In this document: positions 14,401 through 29,400 of the stretch, piece by piece
Layout of the letters: every line of letters begins with the position of its first letter
How positions within the stretch are numbered: the stretch's first letter is position 1
NCBI GenBank assembly: GCA_040954595.2
Contig: CM082594.2
Coordinates: forward strand, 10,730,276 to 10,794,275
Source of the DNA: Balanoglossus misakiensis
Lineage: Eukaryota > Animalia > Hemichordata
Direction of reading: 5' to 3'
DNA: 64,000 bases
Program-made: the position numbers and the translations under genes
The notes under the pieces: generated by a model
The model's database searches: none
What the model was told of the DNA's origin: nothing
What the model saw: the letters and a program-made list of their open reading frames with translations, nothing else

Positions 14401-17400
14401 ACATTTATTTCGGAAACCAGCAGAAAACCAGAAATCATAATCATGCAGCCACTTATAACAGCAAGATACGACACTCTCCCAGCAATGTCTACAGCCTGGG
14501 TTGCAAGCAATGAAGTCGTGATGCAGTGTCTCTCAGATAAGAATCTAATGTGTGCATTATCTCAAGACATTTTGAAAAATCTACTCCTCACTGTAGACCG
14601 TGGAAATCACAAAACTGAGATGGCACCCTCAGGTCACACATCATATGTACCTGTGGGTACCTCTAAGTTACTGGAATAAAACTTGCATAAGTTTTTGCCC
14701 TGGAGACTCAAAGAAAGTATATCTTCGACAATGAGAAAAGTTGAAGGCACTTTTGTAAACTAGGCTAGATACTGAATATGATCACTTTCAGACTGTCAAA
14801 AAAAAAAAAAATTCCAGACAGAGAAAGTTTCTTGAAATCAAATATGAAAGATAATTTACAATATCCTCTTACAGTTTCTGGGCTGATAGCCTCTACATTA
14901 AGGCCAACATTTCCTGCCCAGGGTCAAAAAAGTGAGATTTTTTTTGACGTTTTCCCATCAAGTCTTTGAATTCAACTGAATTTCATGCCAATGTCCCTTG
15001 ATGACATAAGACAATCACAACAAAAATTGTTTTTATTTTCATTTCTGTTCTGTGCCTGCGTATCTGTTTGATTTACAAAATGGAGTGAGATCACGTACCA
15101 TGGGATCGTGTGGGGCTTGATGTATGTTGCCATAGCTACTTGTCGTATTACTACTTAACATTGCCGACGAGTAAGCGGAGGTGGACGGAGGCATGCCATT
15201 CGGGTGCCAGGCATCTGGACTGTTATGTGACCCATCTAAAACGAGAAGAGAGAGAAAAAAATACAAAGATGAGATGGTCCTAGAAAACTATATTTCTTGA
15301 GGGACATCCATTTGCATGGGTCTCCGTCTCTGCTAATTAAACATGCATACCCAACAGCTAGTGTTACCTTGATAGGCAGCGACCATCTGTCTACACTGAA
15401 CCGACCAATCAAATCGAACCCTCAGCACAAAAATAACACCCTTTTTCATGTTCGCTAGTAGTTCTGAGAAAACAGACCCTGTTTCTAATTTAACTTTCAT
15501 TTTCTCGTTCTTTGCCGTATAAAAGCTCAAACAGGGTAGCTAGCCTGAGTTCAAAAGATAGACGGTACCATCTGACAGGTATACCAGGCACATTTTACAC
15601 TTTTTCTAATTTGAAATTTACGAGATAGCAGATTGAGATGGCGAACTTCGAGATATTTTTAAATCCATCTGCCAGCAAAAACAAATACCATATTGCTCAA
15701 TGCTTTAATTGATCTTGTTTTTTATAGATACTTTTTTAAGATTCAATTTTGGAAGAGGTTTTCTTCATCGACAAGAAAGCTGCTGGTAGATAAGTGGCCC
15801 AGTCTGTTAGAATCTCTAAAAGTGATGGAACTTTTTACGTCCACGTTCTGTCTCTCTTTGCAGGAAGCAGATGTAAGAAAGGAAGAGAATTGTTGAATTT
15901 TCTAAACCAAAAATGTGATATCGAATAAATGGTGAATGCTATAACAATGAACAATATGGTGAAAGTGCAGTAACCATTTTTTATTCAAAGAATACTGAAT
16001 AACATTCACGGAAAGCAAAACCACAAAGGTCTAAGTTCACTTTCCTTTCCTGTTGTTGTTAATGCATGGTTGGCAACACTTTTTCCCCGTTGATTTTCAA
16101 CAACAGAAAATGTTTTGAATTTTCCCACTTACCCATAAATTCTGGATACATGCCGGGTGGTTTGGGTGATGTGTATCTGGGAGAATCCTGATTGTACGGA
16201 TCATATGAACCTGAAGGAGACTCCACCTGGAATAAAATAGAGGAAGGAGATATGTGTTAAAGGCACTGAGGATTTTCATCACATGAATGTCCGATGTCAG
16301 TTGTCTGTCCCAGTATTGTGCCTACCCTTCCCAACACAAACAAGCACCATTTCTGTCTCTATTCAGCAAACATTAACAAACAAGCCTCTTTTTTACAATC
16401 ACCCAGTAACTACCTGCTATGTCTGCGTCATTAATATTCTAGAACAAGGCGCCTCGCACCTCTGTTCAAATATTTACGGTACCAAACACTTTATCACCAG
16501 TAAAACTATCTCTTTTTTCTATCATTTCTGCTGGTATTTTCTATTATTATCTGAAAATGGAATTTGCTTTTGCTCTCTGTCTCTACAGTGATGATGTGTA
16601 CGCACACACATGGATTGTGCACAGCCTGGAATGTGAGAGCACCGACACAGTAAATTTTTCTACTGGTATGAGACAGAAATCAAAAAGGGGAATGGTGTTC
16701 ACTTTAAATAGTATGGGGTATGGGGTAATTAGACAATCTGATATTCTCGGACATATGAACAAAGTGGGCGGTTTACACACTGATATTTTTCTCAATCCCA
16801 GTTTTTATTGAAAGCACGTTCCCCTTTCTGCAATTTTTTACACATCCTTTGTACATCAGTCAGCATGGACGCATCATCTGTTGTGTCTGTCTGTCAGCAT
16901 TGTCCTTGACAACGCACACAAACATGTCCACTTCCCCTGCGACTGAAACACACCACCCGTCACGGTCGTGTTTTGGCGAAAAAGCTCCGGACCACATCTC
17001 TACAACCGATGCAGCCACAACAACAAACAAATTTGCCAGCTCTGATAGACAGAAGTATAAATGCTTTATTTGTAGCGCAATGATGGGGAAAGAAGATGAA
17101 TTCAAAGCACCAGTACAGCCAACCAGCCAAAAAAATTGAAGCAATAAAAAGACCTCCGACAGTGAAACACTCCAAAAATCATAAAGACAGCAAAGTAGTC
17201 CCTATTATGACTCCTTGCAGTGACCTCTGACCTCAGAGGAGACATGCTCCAATTACCAAGCAGTTGCACACTTGTCATTAATACACAATCACCATACTCA
17301 AGAATACTCAACCATTAACTTGATTTCCTTCTGGTCAAATGTTTAAATTCAAACATGCCAGCTTTCACACACTTTAGTGGAGACACGGTTCTGATATAAA

Positions 17401-20400
17401 ACAGTCCAATATTCTCTCTAATATTTGCCTAAAATACCACATTGCCTAAATAAAAGTCTGCATGGCACAAAGTTGGGAGAAAAGTTGGGGGGGGGGGGGG
17501 GGGGGGGGGGGCTTCACCCCCCTCCCCTTGACTGTGCCCGTGATTCAATATTCCCAATATTTCATCAACTGCAATGAGATCTGTCAACTGGCCAAACATC
17601 CACAGTAATGGATGACAGCAGACTTCCAGTCTTTTCCCATCCATTTATTGATCACTAACGGAAATTAAACTGCCGTGGTAATCATCCTCCACTCGGAGAC
17701 CAACCTATCGGATATACCCTCGCTTTTGTGCCAGCCTCTCTTTTTCGCTGCAAGCTATTGCCATGATTTGTACAGATAATGCTTGGCCTCTGACCCTCCT
17801 GCTGTACATCATTTTTATAATAGATTGTTACAACCAGATTAACACTTCGGATAATATTAGCAGCATCCAAAATTAAATTTCAGAATTGTCAAGTGGACGA
17901 ATCAGACAATTTGCCTGCATTCGCCACGAAATACATCGTTCCAAGTCTTACCAAATTGGAAGACAGTTCTCAAAATGCAAAAAATTGACAAATTTCTAAT
18001 GCTATTAATTTATAGCCACTAATACAACTACAGTCACCAAAATTAAATCAAACACTTTTCAAAAATTTGCACAAGTGTTTGTTTCTATGCATTTTTCAAA
18101 CAATTCATGTTTTATCTTCAAAGACTAACCACGTTTTACGCAAATGAAGTTTTAGTAGCTTTTTAAATGCTTTGTTTCCTGACAATAATGTTAGTTTTAT
18201 TCATTCATCATATAGCTCTCTTTCATTAGTCACAATTCTAAGAGTTTGTGGTTTCAAACACTTCTATTCCTTTCTAGTTTGAATTTTCCACAGAAAAAAA
18301 ATCCAGATATTATTAAATTGAGACGTTGTCTCGATGTGGTTATTAATTTCTCCACTCTTTTCTCTGTGTGTGTTGAAATCAGTGAATAGCAGAGACTTCA
18401 AAACACATCTTATTCAGTGTAGATCGCTGAGTGTTTCGGGCATCCCAGCCACTGACTCACAAAGACAGTCCAGAACAAAGGACCAGTCGCAAATCCTGAA
18501 AGACCAAAGACGACATCATACAATGGCCGGGGCCACTGGCCTGGTTCGCAAACCCAGCCACACACACACACGCACGCGTGCGGGGTACACTACTCCAATC
18601 TACATGAAAATAGGGTGAGAGCCAAACTTTTGAAAAGAGTCAATGGGATCCGAGGGGAGGCAGCAGCGTGCTAACTCCTCTGGGATTCAACTGACTATTC
18701 CTAGTCGCCGTGACTAATAAAATTATACGGCCATTGTCCAGCGGAGCAGGCAATAGGGTTTTGTCAACTCATTAGCCCATTCAAGCGAATTCAGATATAC
18801 AGAAACTGTGCCCTTTCCGCTAAAATGTATCCACATGGTTGAATTCGCCTCGTCTTGTTCCTCCTGATGACTAAATGTGTATCTTCAATTTTTGATGACT
18901 TTCTCAAAAACCGAAGCAAAAAGTCGACTTCTGATAGATGCGACAACTTGCAGTGAGAATACAATATTATCTGAAGAACCAGAGACCTACACACAATTGT
19001 ATGCAAGTTCTGCTTGTTCACAAGGTACCAACATTATGCCTTATTGCTGAGAAGTTGAATGCACTATATTTTCTCGGAAAGTCAGAATGGATATGATCTA
19101 AATCAAGGCACTTTCATGAAAGCTGCTGGTGGAATAGAAGAGTTCAAATTGTCCCGTTTTTGGACCACCTTCTTGCTTCTAAGAATTCTCTAAAAGACCC
19201 AACAGCATGAAGTGCAAAAAGGGTGTGAAATGGAAGGTGACAAGTGTGTGAAAATTTATTAACTCATTGTTTTTATTCAACAGTATGTAAAAGTGACCTT
19301 ATGGCAGACTAGAGTTTTTCCTCTCCCTTTTTAGAAAAAAATCTTGTTTCTGAAATAGTCGCTTACATTTGCAGGTACCCACTGAATGGTAAAATATCAC
19401 AAAAAGCCAATTCATTCTCTAACTCCAGATAATGTTTCACAGTTATTCTTAAAATCAATGAAAGTCACAAGATACCAAAGAGTTAAAAAAAAAAAACAGA
19501 ACCATGTTTGAAATGAGGAATTCTTTTCTCTCGCTCTCTCTCTCTCTCTCTCAAGATTTCCTTATTTTAAGAGTTATGGCCGTTTCACCAGACAACATTA
19601 TCTGACTCTTCTGTTTGTCATAAAATTTGACAAAAACGCTTTGTTTTGTTCCATAAATCATAACATTCAGCCAGGAATTACAACTGGACGTGCCTCATAA
19701 AAGAAAATTAGTTTTCCAGACACGCGGCTCTGAATCGGGATATTTTCTTTACTGTCACACTTTGAGAGAAGAATGCGGCCAGTACTGACCCTTCCAAAGA
19801 ATTAAAAGAACATAAACCCTCAACTAATTTCATTTCGGAAGAATCGCTTGTATCAACTTCTCACCCTCAAGCGAATCAAACATACACAGAAGTTAGTTAT
19901 GAAACTGAAATCTATGCAAAAGGGGGAAATATTAGAAAAAAGATTCTCTGCACACTCAAAAATCTCACAGTCGGTTTTTCCAATCAGGGTATTAAATTCA
20001 CATGAGGCACGCTACCTATGATTTCATACCAAACAGGACAAGGGCAAGGGTTGTTTTAATAAACCGTAACGGATGGCCGACTTTCTTCTCAGCTAGACTC
20101 TGTTCTGCATATTAAATACTGTCACAATATTGACTTTGGATTTGCCATGCATGATGGCCAGGTTGAAAATGAGCACGTGGCTCATAAGATGAAAGTTTCA
20201 TAGGAAAATAATGGCTAGCATATTAGTCACTCATGTGAACACAAGTCATTGTCAATGATGTAGTCCCTGCTGCTTAGTAGAATAAGAAAACATTGGGGGA
20301 AGTATGAGCAATGGCTCAAGATATGAAAAAAATTGGCCAAAATAACAAAATGGCGGCCCGGTGGCCATATTGGATCCAAATTGATGTGCATGTGTATCTT

Positions 20401-23400
20401 ACAGTACACTTTCCCCGAAACAAGTTCAATTTCAGTTGGCCCAGACATATCTGATAAATGGCTGGGGACGGACAGACACACAATGCCCAATCTATTAGAC
20501 CCCCTCCCCTTACTTTATCCACAGGGACTAAAATGGACACTCTCACAGAGCATGGAGTATTGATGAAATTAGTCAACTGGAACGTTCACTGTAATTGTGA
20601 TGCTTTTAAAACCTCTAATGGAAATTATACCAACTCTAGCACGACAATGCTGTTTATGATATATACCCCTTCCTCCAGCAACCATAATAGTATTATGTCA
20701 GAAACTGTGTACAACACTGACAACAGAGCAACTGATGCCATTACTTCTGTTTGTAAGACTTGACTACAACAAAAATTTTGAAGTGGAGCCAATACATCTT
20801 GAATCTGAACATTCAGTACATCATAATCATAAACATTGATGATCATTTGATAAAAAACAAACACAAGCGAATTTTATCTTGGTATCTTTGTGATATCTAT
20901 TTGGATAATCGCTAGATGCATTTCCTTGAGACAAATGATCCCGATTGTCTACCCAGGCTGTTGCGTACCATGTTTTCACTGAAAATACAGCATGATTAAA
21001 ATTGAAAAATGTTCACTTTCGGACGAGGGGCAGGAAAACAGTAGAGCCATTATCAAAATAAAGAATTTGCATGGCAATATTTGTACAGATGTAACAGTAT
21101 CCTATCTGGAACTCAACCAACAATGTGATGACAAACATGGTAAGACTAAGAGACAGTTCTAAACAACCATCCATTTTTTTCTGCTTTCCATTACACTTCC
21201 ACCATTAACTGAAAGGCCGTCTTTGTCTGAATCACGAATCACTACAACAACAATAAAAAGCCAGAGTATGGGATTCAGCCATTACCATCTAATGCGCCTT
21301 AATTTAAAGCACTTATTTCTAATTTCCATCTCGTTTATGCTAATCACCAAGACAATATAATTGGGGCGTGCAGGAGGAAGAAAACATTACCATGGGATAT
21401 AATCCACTTTTGGTTTTGAAGACAACAAATGATCCTGTCCACTAAATGTTTCAAAGCTCCATTAAATTGTTTCAAATTAAGGCAGCTTAATTATAAACGA
21501 GATCATCTGCTAGGATTTTGTGCCTGCGTTGGGGGGGGGGGGGGGGGGGGGGGTTCAAACACAAGAAGTTCACAAACTTGATTTGTTTTTATAATTCTCC
21601 CCAACTTCCCTCAGATACACATTACTAATCAGACCAAACAAACTGCTGAATTCCATACACACCCTAATTGACAGCAAAGTGAAAATGTAAATAACACTGA
21701 CGAAAAATTTAAATGAAATTAATCACGAACTCGATTTCAAAGTGAACATACTATGCTCCTGTCATAGTTTGGTTTACAGTGCTATGTGCAGTAGATATCT
21801 GAAAGACTATGTACTTGTAACACTTAGAGATTCACTGATTCTGGTAGTTAATACCACCAAAAAAGTTTGAATTTAGTTCTGTACAATACTGTACAATGTC
21901 AGATAATTGATTCAATCCCCTCACGCATCATTGCCTTGGTGTAGTTCGCAGGCTTAGCTACATGTCCACCACGTGACAGGATAGTGACGCTGCATTTGAA
22001 ACGCTTTTTTTGTTGTATCTGTGGTAGATCCCCCCTCCTCTCATCTGAAACATTGCTACAACGAGATCAGCAGTGAATTTCCACAGCGATCACAGACAAT
22101 AGGGGCATTGGAGAGGACTACTGTACACACTGCAGTGTTTGACGTCAACAATAGAGTACTTCCAACAGGAGTTTCAGATCAATATTGACACTTCTTTGCC
22201 CGAGTGACTGGGCACTGTTTGATTCAGAACTATCTGGAGTGTGGGTCCTGATAACAAAGCTAGATAACACACTATTAATTTCAAATTAGGCACATTTAAC
22301 TGAACCAGGCAGAGAACAATTTAGATCGCATCTCTTGCAGATTGTACAAGTCAACAGACATAGCATCCCGAGGTTCAACTACTCGTGATAAATATTGAGA
22401 ATGGAAAAGGCAATGTGGGAGGAAAGAATCAGGCAAACAAAATGGATGGCTAGGAGAGATGACAGGGATGGATTTTCCGGCAACAGGTGGAGTGGTACTT
22501 ACAGGGTATGAGCCATTATGGAGATACATAACCGGGTTGTAATACGGTCTGTACGTACAGAACATTGGTGCTGCTTCACGATGCAAACGTCTTTTTAGAA
22601 TCAAAGCAACAGCTTCTTTCCTCGACCGACAAAGCTCAGATGACACACCGGATGACCTCTCACCGAAAATTTCAACGGGTCACTCGCTTCGCCAACCACC
22701 ACGCGCGCAGGACGAGACTTCCGCTACTTAGTTCGACCCCCGAAATCTGGGGCAATAAATTTTCCCTTTTAGTCGACTGGAGTCACCACTGGGGTATGTG
22801 TGCTTTTTATCTCGAGCCCATCAAAATCCTCAGTCCAGGAAATCTGACACCAGCATGGAAGGAGTCGCGGACAGACACGCCAGGCACAGAGACAGAGAAG
22901 CGAGACTATCCAGTAGCTAGTACCAGCTCCAGTATTCCTAATCGGTCACTAGACACACACAACCTCTCACTGTGGCTTACTCCAATGAAATCCCCGACCC
23001 AACTACACTCCCCATCACCATATGCCGCCAGCTACCACCCCTCTGTTCATTAATATTCATGAGCCTGGTAATTGGCTACTCTCTCTCTCTGTTTTGTTAA
23101 TTCAATTTGAAACAATAGAAGACACAAGCATATGCTAGCTGCTGTTACCAAAAATTCTCCCTGTACAATGAGAACTTGAATAGAAATGCATAATGTTGTT
23201 GTGATGTGTTGTGTTGGGGTAGGGTAGTAGACACCAAGTTCGCACTTTGGACGATAATTTCAGCTCGTGTGATTCTGATGATTAAGTTCAAAGTTTCCAC
23301 ATATTCCCTGAACTTCGTACAGCCAGCTCGGAATATCAATTTCACTTGCCGAAGTATTGAATGTCAAATAGGGTTTCACAAACACTCCAATGAGCCATGC

Positions 23401-26400
23401 TCCATAGGGAAGATGACAAACACACGATACACATTTGATATGATGTTCCAAACTGCTGGAAGACCTCAATATCCATGGAAACAGAACACATGTAACATCT
23501 TTTAAAGACCACCACTACTATTCTTCGTCTCCAGAAACCACAAAAAGATACAATGGGTCTTACAACGTTTCAAGCGATCACTGAAAGAGAAACTACAATT
23601 TTCAAGGTTTTGTTTCAGCACGCAAGCACTATATGTCTGGCTGTTCAGTGTCTGCGGTTAACAAAAGAATTTTTTAGTCCACTCAAGGTTTGGGGTTTCA
23701 CTCAAGCAAGTCAAATCAGTAAGCAGTCACAAAAGTTCATCAAACAGCTGATGGTTAATACCCAGACTGGACAAAGTCACTAAGAACGCCCTGACACTCC
23801 GAGTTCATACCTCTCTCTCTTTCCCTCTCTCTGGAAAACACCGTACAATCACCGATATTTCAGATAGTTCCAATTCCTGGGTCAAGCTGAACTCATTTAC
23901 TTTTGATACATTCATTAAGTAGGCGATTAAATTTGCCCCAAGGCAACTTCACCACACAGTACATACTTTCGATTTCTTGCTAAATAAACACCTCTATTCA
24001 ACCCTTCAACTACAATGCGGGTTAGTCTTTTCAATACATTTACGTCGTCGGACCTCAAACCTCGGACACCTCACTTTCATCAACCTGCCACACTTCCTCA
24101 TCCTAATAACGTTGAATTAATTTCATCAGTCACGCTGAGAATACTCCAAGAATCTGTGAATAAGATTTCAAAACTTCCAGGCAAGCAGTCTCAGAGAAAA
24201 AGGCTGAAGAAAATCCACTCTACTGCCCAGTATGCATCTACACACCAAATACTAAGATGAAAAGTGAAACAGCACTATACATACAGACATATAGACTACC
24301 AGATGCATGCTAAATATGACCAAATGTAACGTATCTCTGTTATAACCAGACATCATAATTTTATTCCCTATGTATTAAAAAATTTTTTTAATTATTTGTT
24401 GATTTTATAAAGCAGGATAAATTCCTTATGAGCTCAGCTGTGCAATAATAATAACATGAAAAACTTCAATATCCAAATTTTATCTATATTTTTTTAAATT
24501 AAGGGAATGTATCCACGCTATTGAAGCATTAACCTTGTTTTGTCAATTTTTACAACTTAATCTGAATATTGTGAATTTGACAGAATAAAAATAGAGCATT
24601 TATTACTTTTAGGCGCTACATTATATTTGTATGACCAGGTCATAATAGTGGCCAGCTGTTACCATGTCAAATGATGAGCTTCCAAAACTCCTGGCAACCA
24701 AAGCTTTTAAAGAGACAAAGTCTTTCTAGCTCTCTCGCTGCCCTTTTTCCATTAATTATGTTTGATATGGCACAACACAAGATATCAAACAAATGTAGAG
24801 CAGCTACGATTGACCAGCAGTTTCTCAAATTTTGAACAAGTAGAATCAAAATAAATATTTCAAGAAAAGGTGGCATTTGAAAGAAAAAAAATCTATTATG
24901 CAACAAAACAATTCCTAGTATTGCCCCTTTAATGGGGTGATAAACTCTCCCAGAAGTTTTCCAATTTGTCAGACGTTTGTAATGGAAATTTTCTATTTCA
25001 TCAGTAATTAACTCCAAGGTGGTAATATGCCACAGGAAGGAAATATCTTGCACACAAAACATGTCTATGTCTTAATCTGTTCACACATTCTGCTGGGGCT
25101 TTCACAAGAATAGTCTATCTTTTGCACAACAGTAACACATCAACACCCCTTTCGCACTTTCTCCAGGAAAGAAAAAGCCAGCCAAGCTGAAAACACAGCG
25201 CCGTACCGAATCCAGACAGAGGAAGTTTTCACATTGCATAAAACACATAAAATAAACTGACAACACGCTATATTAGAACCAATTCCACCGTGTCAAATTC
25301 TGATATCATAACGACCCACCATAAGGAACACAGAGCTATTTTCACGTATGATTTTCACACCAACAATAAATGCATACAAAGTGGAAATATGGTACTGAAC
25401 AGCCAAAGCTGCACATTGTGGCACACTGTTTTAACCTCTGAGAGGGGACCATTAAAGATCTTTTAAACCCTCTTTGTGACACTGACAGTCAGTATTTGTT
25501 TAATTGACACGGGTCCACAGTTGTCTGTTGTGACGATAGTTTACGGGGACAGCTAATGAACGCTTCCTATTTCTGGATTTTCGCCACAAAATGGATGAGA
25601 GGCTTGACTCATCTGATTGTTTGTCGGACATAATGGCTCCACCCACCATGGCAACAGGTGGTGGTGTCCGTTTATCCGATGATTGACAGGTTGTGTGTTG
25701 CTAATTTTACCATCTCACTCATGTAGTTTTTTTACCCAGAACACACACAGACACACCAAGTAACGACTACACTACCACGCTGGCAAACGATCACCACTAC
25801 CAAGTTCAAGTCCACCAGATCTTTCCGCAACAAAATACCGAACAACGCACAACTTCCAATGAACCAGTCAAAACAAATACAAACTGATGATACCCTCAAA
25901 ACCAACTGAAGACACAGCACGTAAAAATACACAAATACGTTAAAACTACAATTTATCACGCATTCCTATATAACCATAGATCTTTGTTGCCAACTTTAGT
26001 ATCTTATACCTAGAAATAACTTTTCAAGTGTTGAATGACACACCCAGAAAGAGAAGCCAACTAAACCAAAAAAAAAGTCTATCCAAGTGAAAATTCACTC
26101 TTCAGTGAATTGTGGACATTTCTTTTGATCGTGCCGAGCCCCGACACAGCCATGCAGCATACGGGTGCTTCCTTCTCTATTGTTGTCCTTGCCTCTTCCG
26201 TATGTTTCCAGCTAATTGCACAGGGCATTCATACCTTTTCAAAACATCAAAGTAACCCTCTTTTCACAGAGAAATCACTGCACATTACTTACAAGTGAGC
26301 AGTGGCCCTCAGTCTATGCAAACATTGCCCATCTCTGGGATATATACACGAACTAAGCACACAAAACAAGAAAAAACATTCTTTTTCTCGCTCTTCTACT

Positions 26401-29400
26401 ACATGTATTACATAACTGAATTTAATGTCAGAAATATCCAAATGATTGACAAGGCTCACTTTTCAATAAATAATGATGGCTCCACTGAAACACAGCACAC
26501 TGTGTCAATGACATTAGGGATACAGTTTCCAAGAGTTTCACCAGATCACGCACTTGTAAATTTTAATATATGACAGGCCAAAAATTCTGTCTGTCATCAC
26601 ATTCATCACTTCGAGATTTCAATCAACTCTTCCATTGGTATCTGCGACAAAGACCTATCCATATTTGGAGTCCACTGTAAACCTTTGACATATGAACCCT
26701 TCTATAAGATCTGTGTCTTGGTACACATGCACCACCAGTGACTGCATTTTATGGTTTCCGGACATGAAATGTGGGCAGTTGAGATTTACAAGCAAACTGG
26801 GAAGAACACATTTGGCCAGCACTGTAAACCTCTCTTCCCAATCACAACATGCTGGCGAAAGAACCAGTTTTCAGTTGTGTCTCTCACGTAGCGGGTGCAC
26901 GATGGTGCTTCCACACATGCACGTGCATCCATGTGCAACAGAACACTTATGTATACCACCAGATAACAAAACAACAAAGTACTTTTGAAACTTACAGTGC
27001 TTAGACCTCTGGCTCTTTTCGCTGCTGGACCTCCTGCAAAGAAACAGGGAAAAAATTGTCAATACTGATAAAAATCACATTAATATTTGCACATTAATAC
27101 CCACTCTCATCCAGAAAACACATTTTTTATTGTCCAGCATATTGACAACATAGTACACACAGCACATCACAACACCTGGGGTTTCCGTGTGTTAGGATAC
27201 ATGGGACACAGATTTTCATACCATTTTCATAACACTGGAAACTTTGAGCAATCTGGCAACAGACCATATTTTGGCCAAAACTTAGACACCATCATTACAA
27301 TCATTTCTACTACAGATATTTCAGAAAAGCATCATTGCTTGATTATGTGAACATCTAACCACATTCAATGGTCTGTGTTTGAAGTACCAAAACATCATCG
27401 TTACTCTATAACTCGTATTAATTCTGAACGGTGCCTTCATTTATGACGAGAGGAAAAATTGACAGATATGAAAAATGAGAACCAACTCCTAAAATCTGTC
27501 GGGGGCAACCTCTTCTTTGATGTCGACACATTCAGGAATTAAGGTGCCAAAAAAAATGTTTCTATAAGTTGGATTAAAGGCAAATCCTGTGGCTGCAATT
27601 GAAGGTACCCGATACCTTTGTGAAACCAAAGATGAATTTATGAATTCCTCGTGCAGAAAGCTCTCCTTTGGGCACTGCTGTATTGTCAGCTCGGCCGGCC
27701 AAAAACTCACTAACGAGCACAATCTCCCTGACTTAATTAGGGATCTTTCCTGAATAGAAAGCGCTGATTGGGAACGGTTGTGAAAGAGACACCATGCAGC
27801 AAAAGTGGAGAGGGAAATTGTCTGAACACTTCGTCGGAAACTGCAATGCTAACATTCACAAAAGGAGCAGCAAGCAATCAGGTGGGTGCCAGGTTTCAGA
27901 GGCAGACCAAAATGTTTTCATCGGATCTTCACTTGTCATTCTTAATAAAGGGACGCTCCTACTTTGCATTTTGTCGTGCTGAAATCAAATCCTCTTTTTT
28001 TGTTGAAGCGACACAAAATGAGACCTCCCCTTCTTTACGTTCTGCCGACACACGAGAAATTGATAAAATGTAACACTATCTATCATTTTCAGCCAAATCC
28101 CGCATTTTTGGAACTGATTAAAAAAGTTTAGCTTTCCCCATATCAGTCGCATGATATACTTTTGATGCAAGTACAACCTTGCACTGTTGTCAAATGACTT
28201 GGCTAATTTGTAGATTGGAAAATATCACTACAGGTGGCTGGTTCAGCCTTCCGGATCTAAGTTTGCCGCAAAATGCATTTTTCCAGAATTTTCCCTGGTT
28301 TTCCTGCAGCAGTTTACATTACACCTGGTTAATACGAGGCCCTCCAGTGAAATCTTAAACATTTAATGCATTAACTTATCGCTGAAAACATTGCTGCAAC
28401 ATCTTCAATGGGATGAAGCCCAGCATTTAATTTTGTTTTTCACTGTCACATCACAGAGTACCACTTCCAGGAACCGTACTACAACTTCAAAGGGGTTCAG
28501 TAACGATCTCTAAGATGAACAGGAAAAGTATTTCAACGTCATCATGGCAATGACACTCCCCCATCTCAGAAGATGACGACTGTTACACTTCAATAAACAT
28601 CATTTCCTTTTCAGCGATCATCGCAGAACTCATCAACAACTAACAAGCATCTAATTGATGTCTAAAGTGATAAATATCGCCTGAATTCAATTCTTTTTGT
28701 TTAATTCTTTAATGGCAACCTTCTTTAACCAACTGTCCAAAATACACCACCTGCTATAACGGGAAGATGAGATTTCTGAGTAATTAGTTTTACGATTGCT
28801 CCTTTTCATCAATGGCTTTGTGAGACGAGCGACAAAGGAAATCAGCAACAAATAAGGCTTTTATTTGCAAAAATCCGACGCAGACGCCATTTCTCATTTT
28901 ATTTTCCTGGTTGAGCTTAATATATGACGTGTGTTACCACGACAGTTATGGCAGTAATCTGTGTCGTTTCCTCTGCTGTGTAAATATCGGCCGATGTTAA
29001 ATCACCCACACTCTCCACACTCATCATGATGCCTCTAATATACTTTTCATCATTCTCGGCCAGTGTTCCTTGGAAATGGTTCTGTAAACATCGCGATTCC
29101 CCCCGTTTCGAGTGGCTATAAACGTTTCTTTTTCGCCCCATTCATCAACGGTTTGCCAACTGGAGAGCAAACAGATTAAGAGAATTTGACAATTTGCTCT
29201 TCCTATTCGGAACACCTGATGAAATCAATCGTCCGCACTGAGACGATACACATAATTTTCATCTGAGCAACCGTGCCTCTTATTTCGCTTGCCTTGTGGT
29301 CAGATTACAGTTTGCTGCGATGAAGATATTTAATTCCCGATGCCTCGTTGGACTTCTTGCAAAATTTACTCATTTTCTATAGGTTTTCTTGGAACCAGAA

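Noticed and set aside
22565-23053. 162-aa plus-strand ORF head-to-head with the Alt ATG
   Set aside because: Non-ATG start, no recognisable homology; openness is explained by the local GC-rich leader.
25710-25723. ATG AGT GAG ATG|gtaaaa as another mini first exon
   Set aside because: Donor is poor and there is no homology support.
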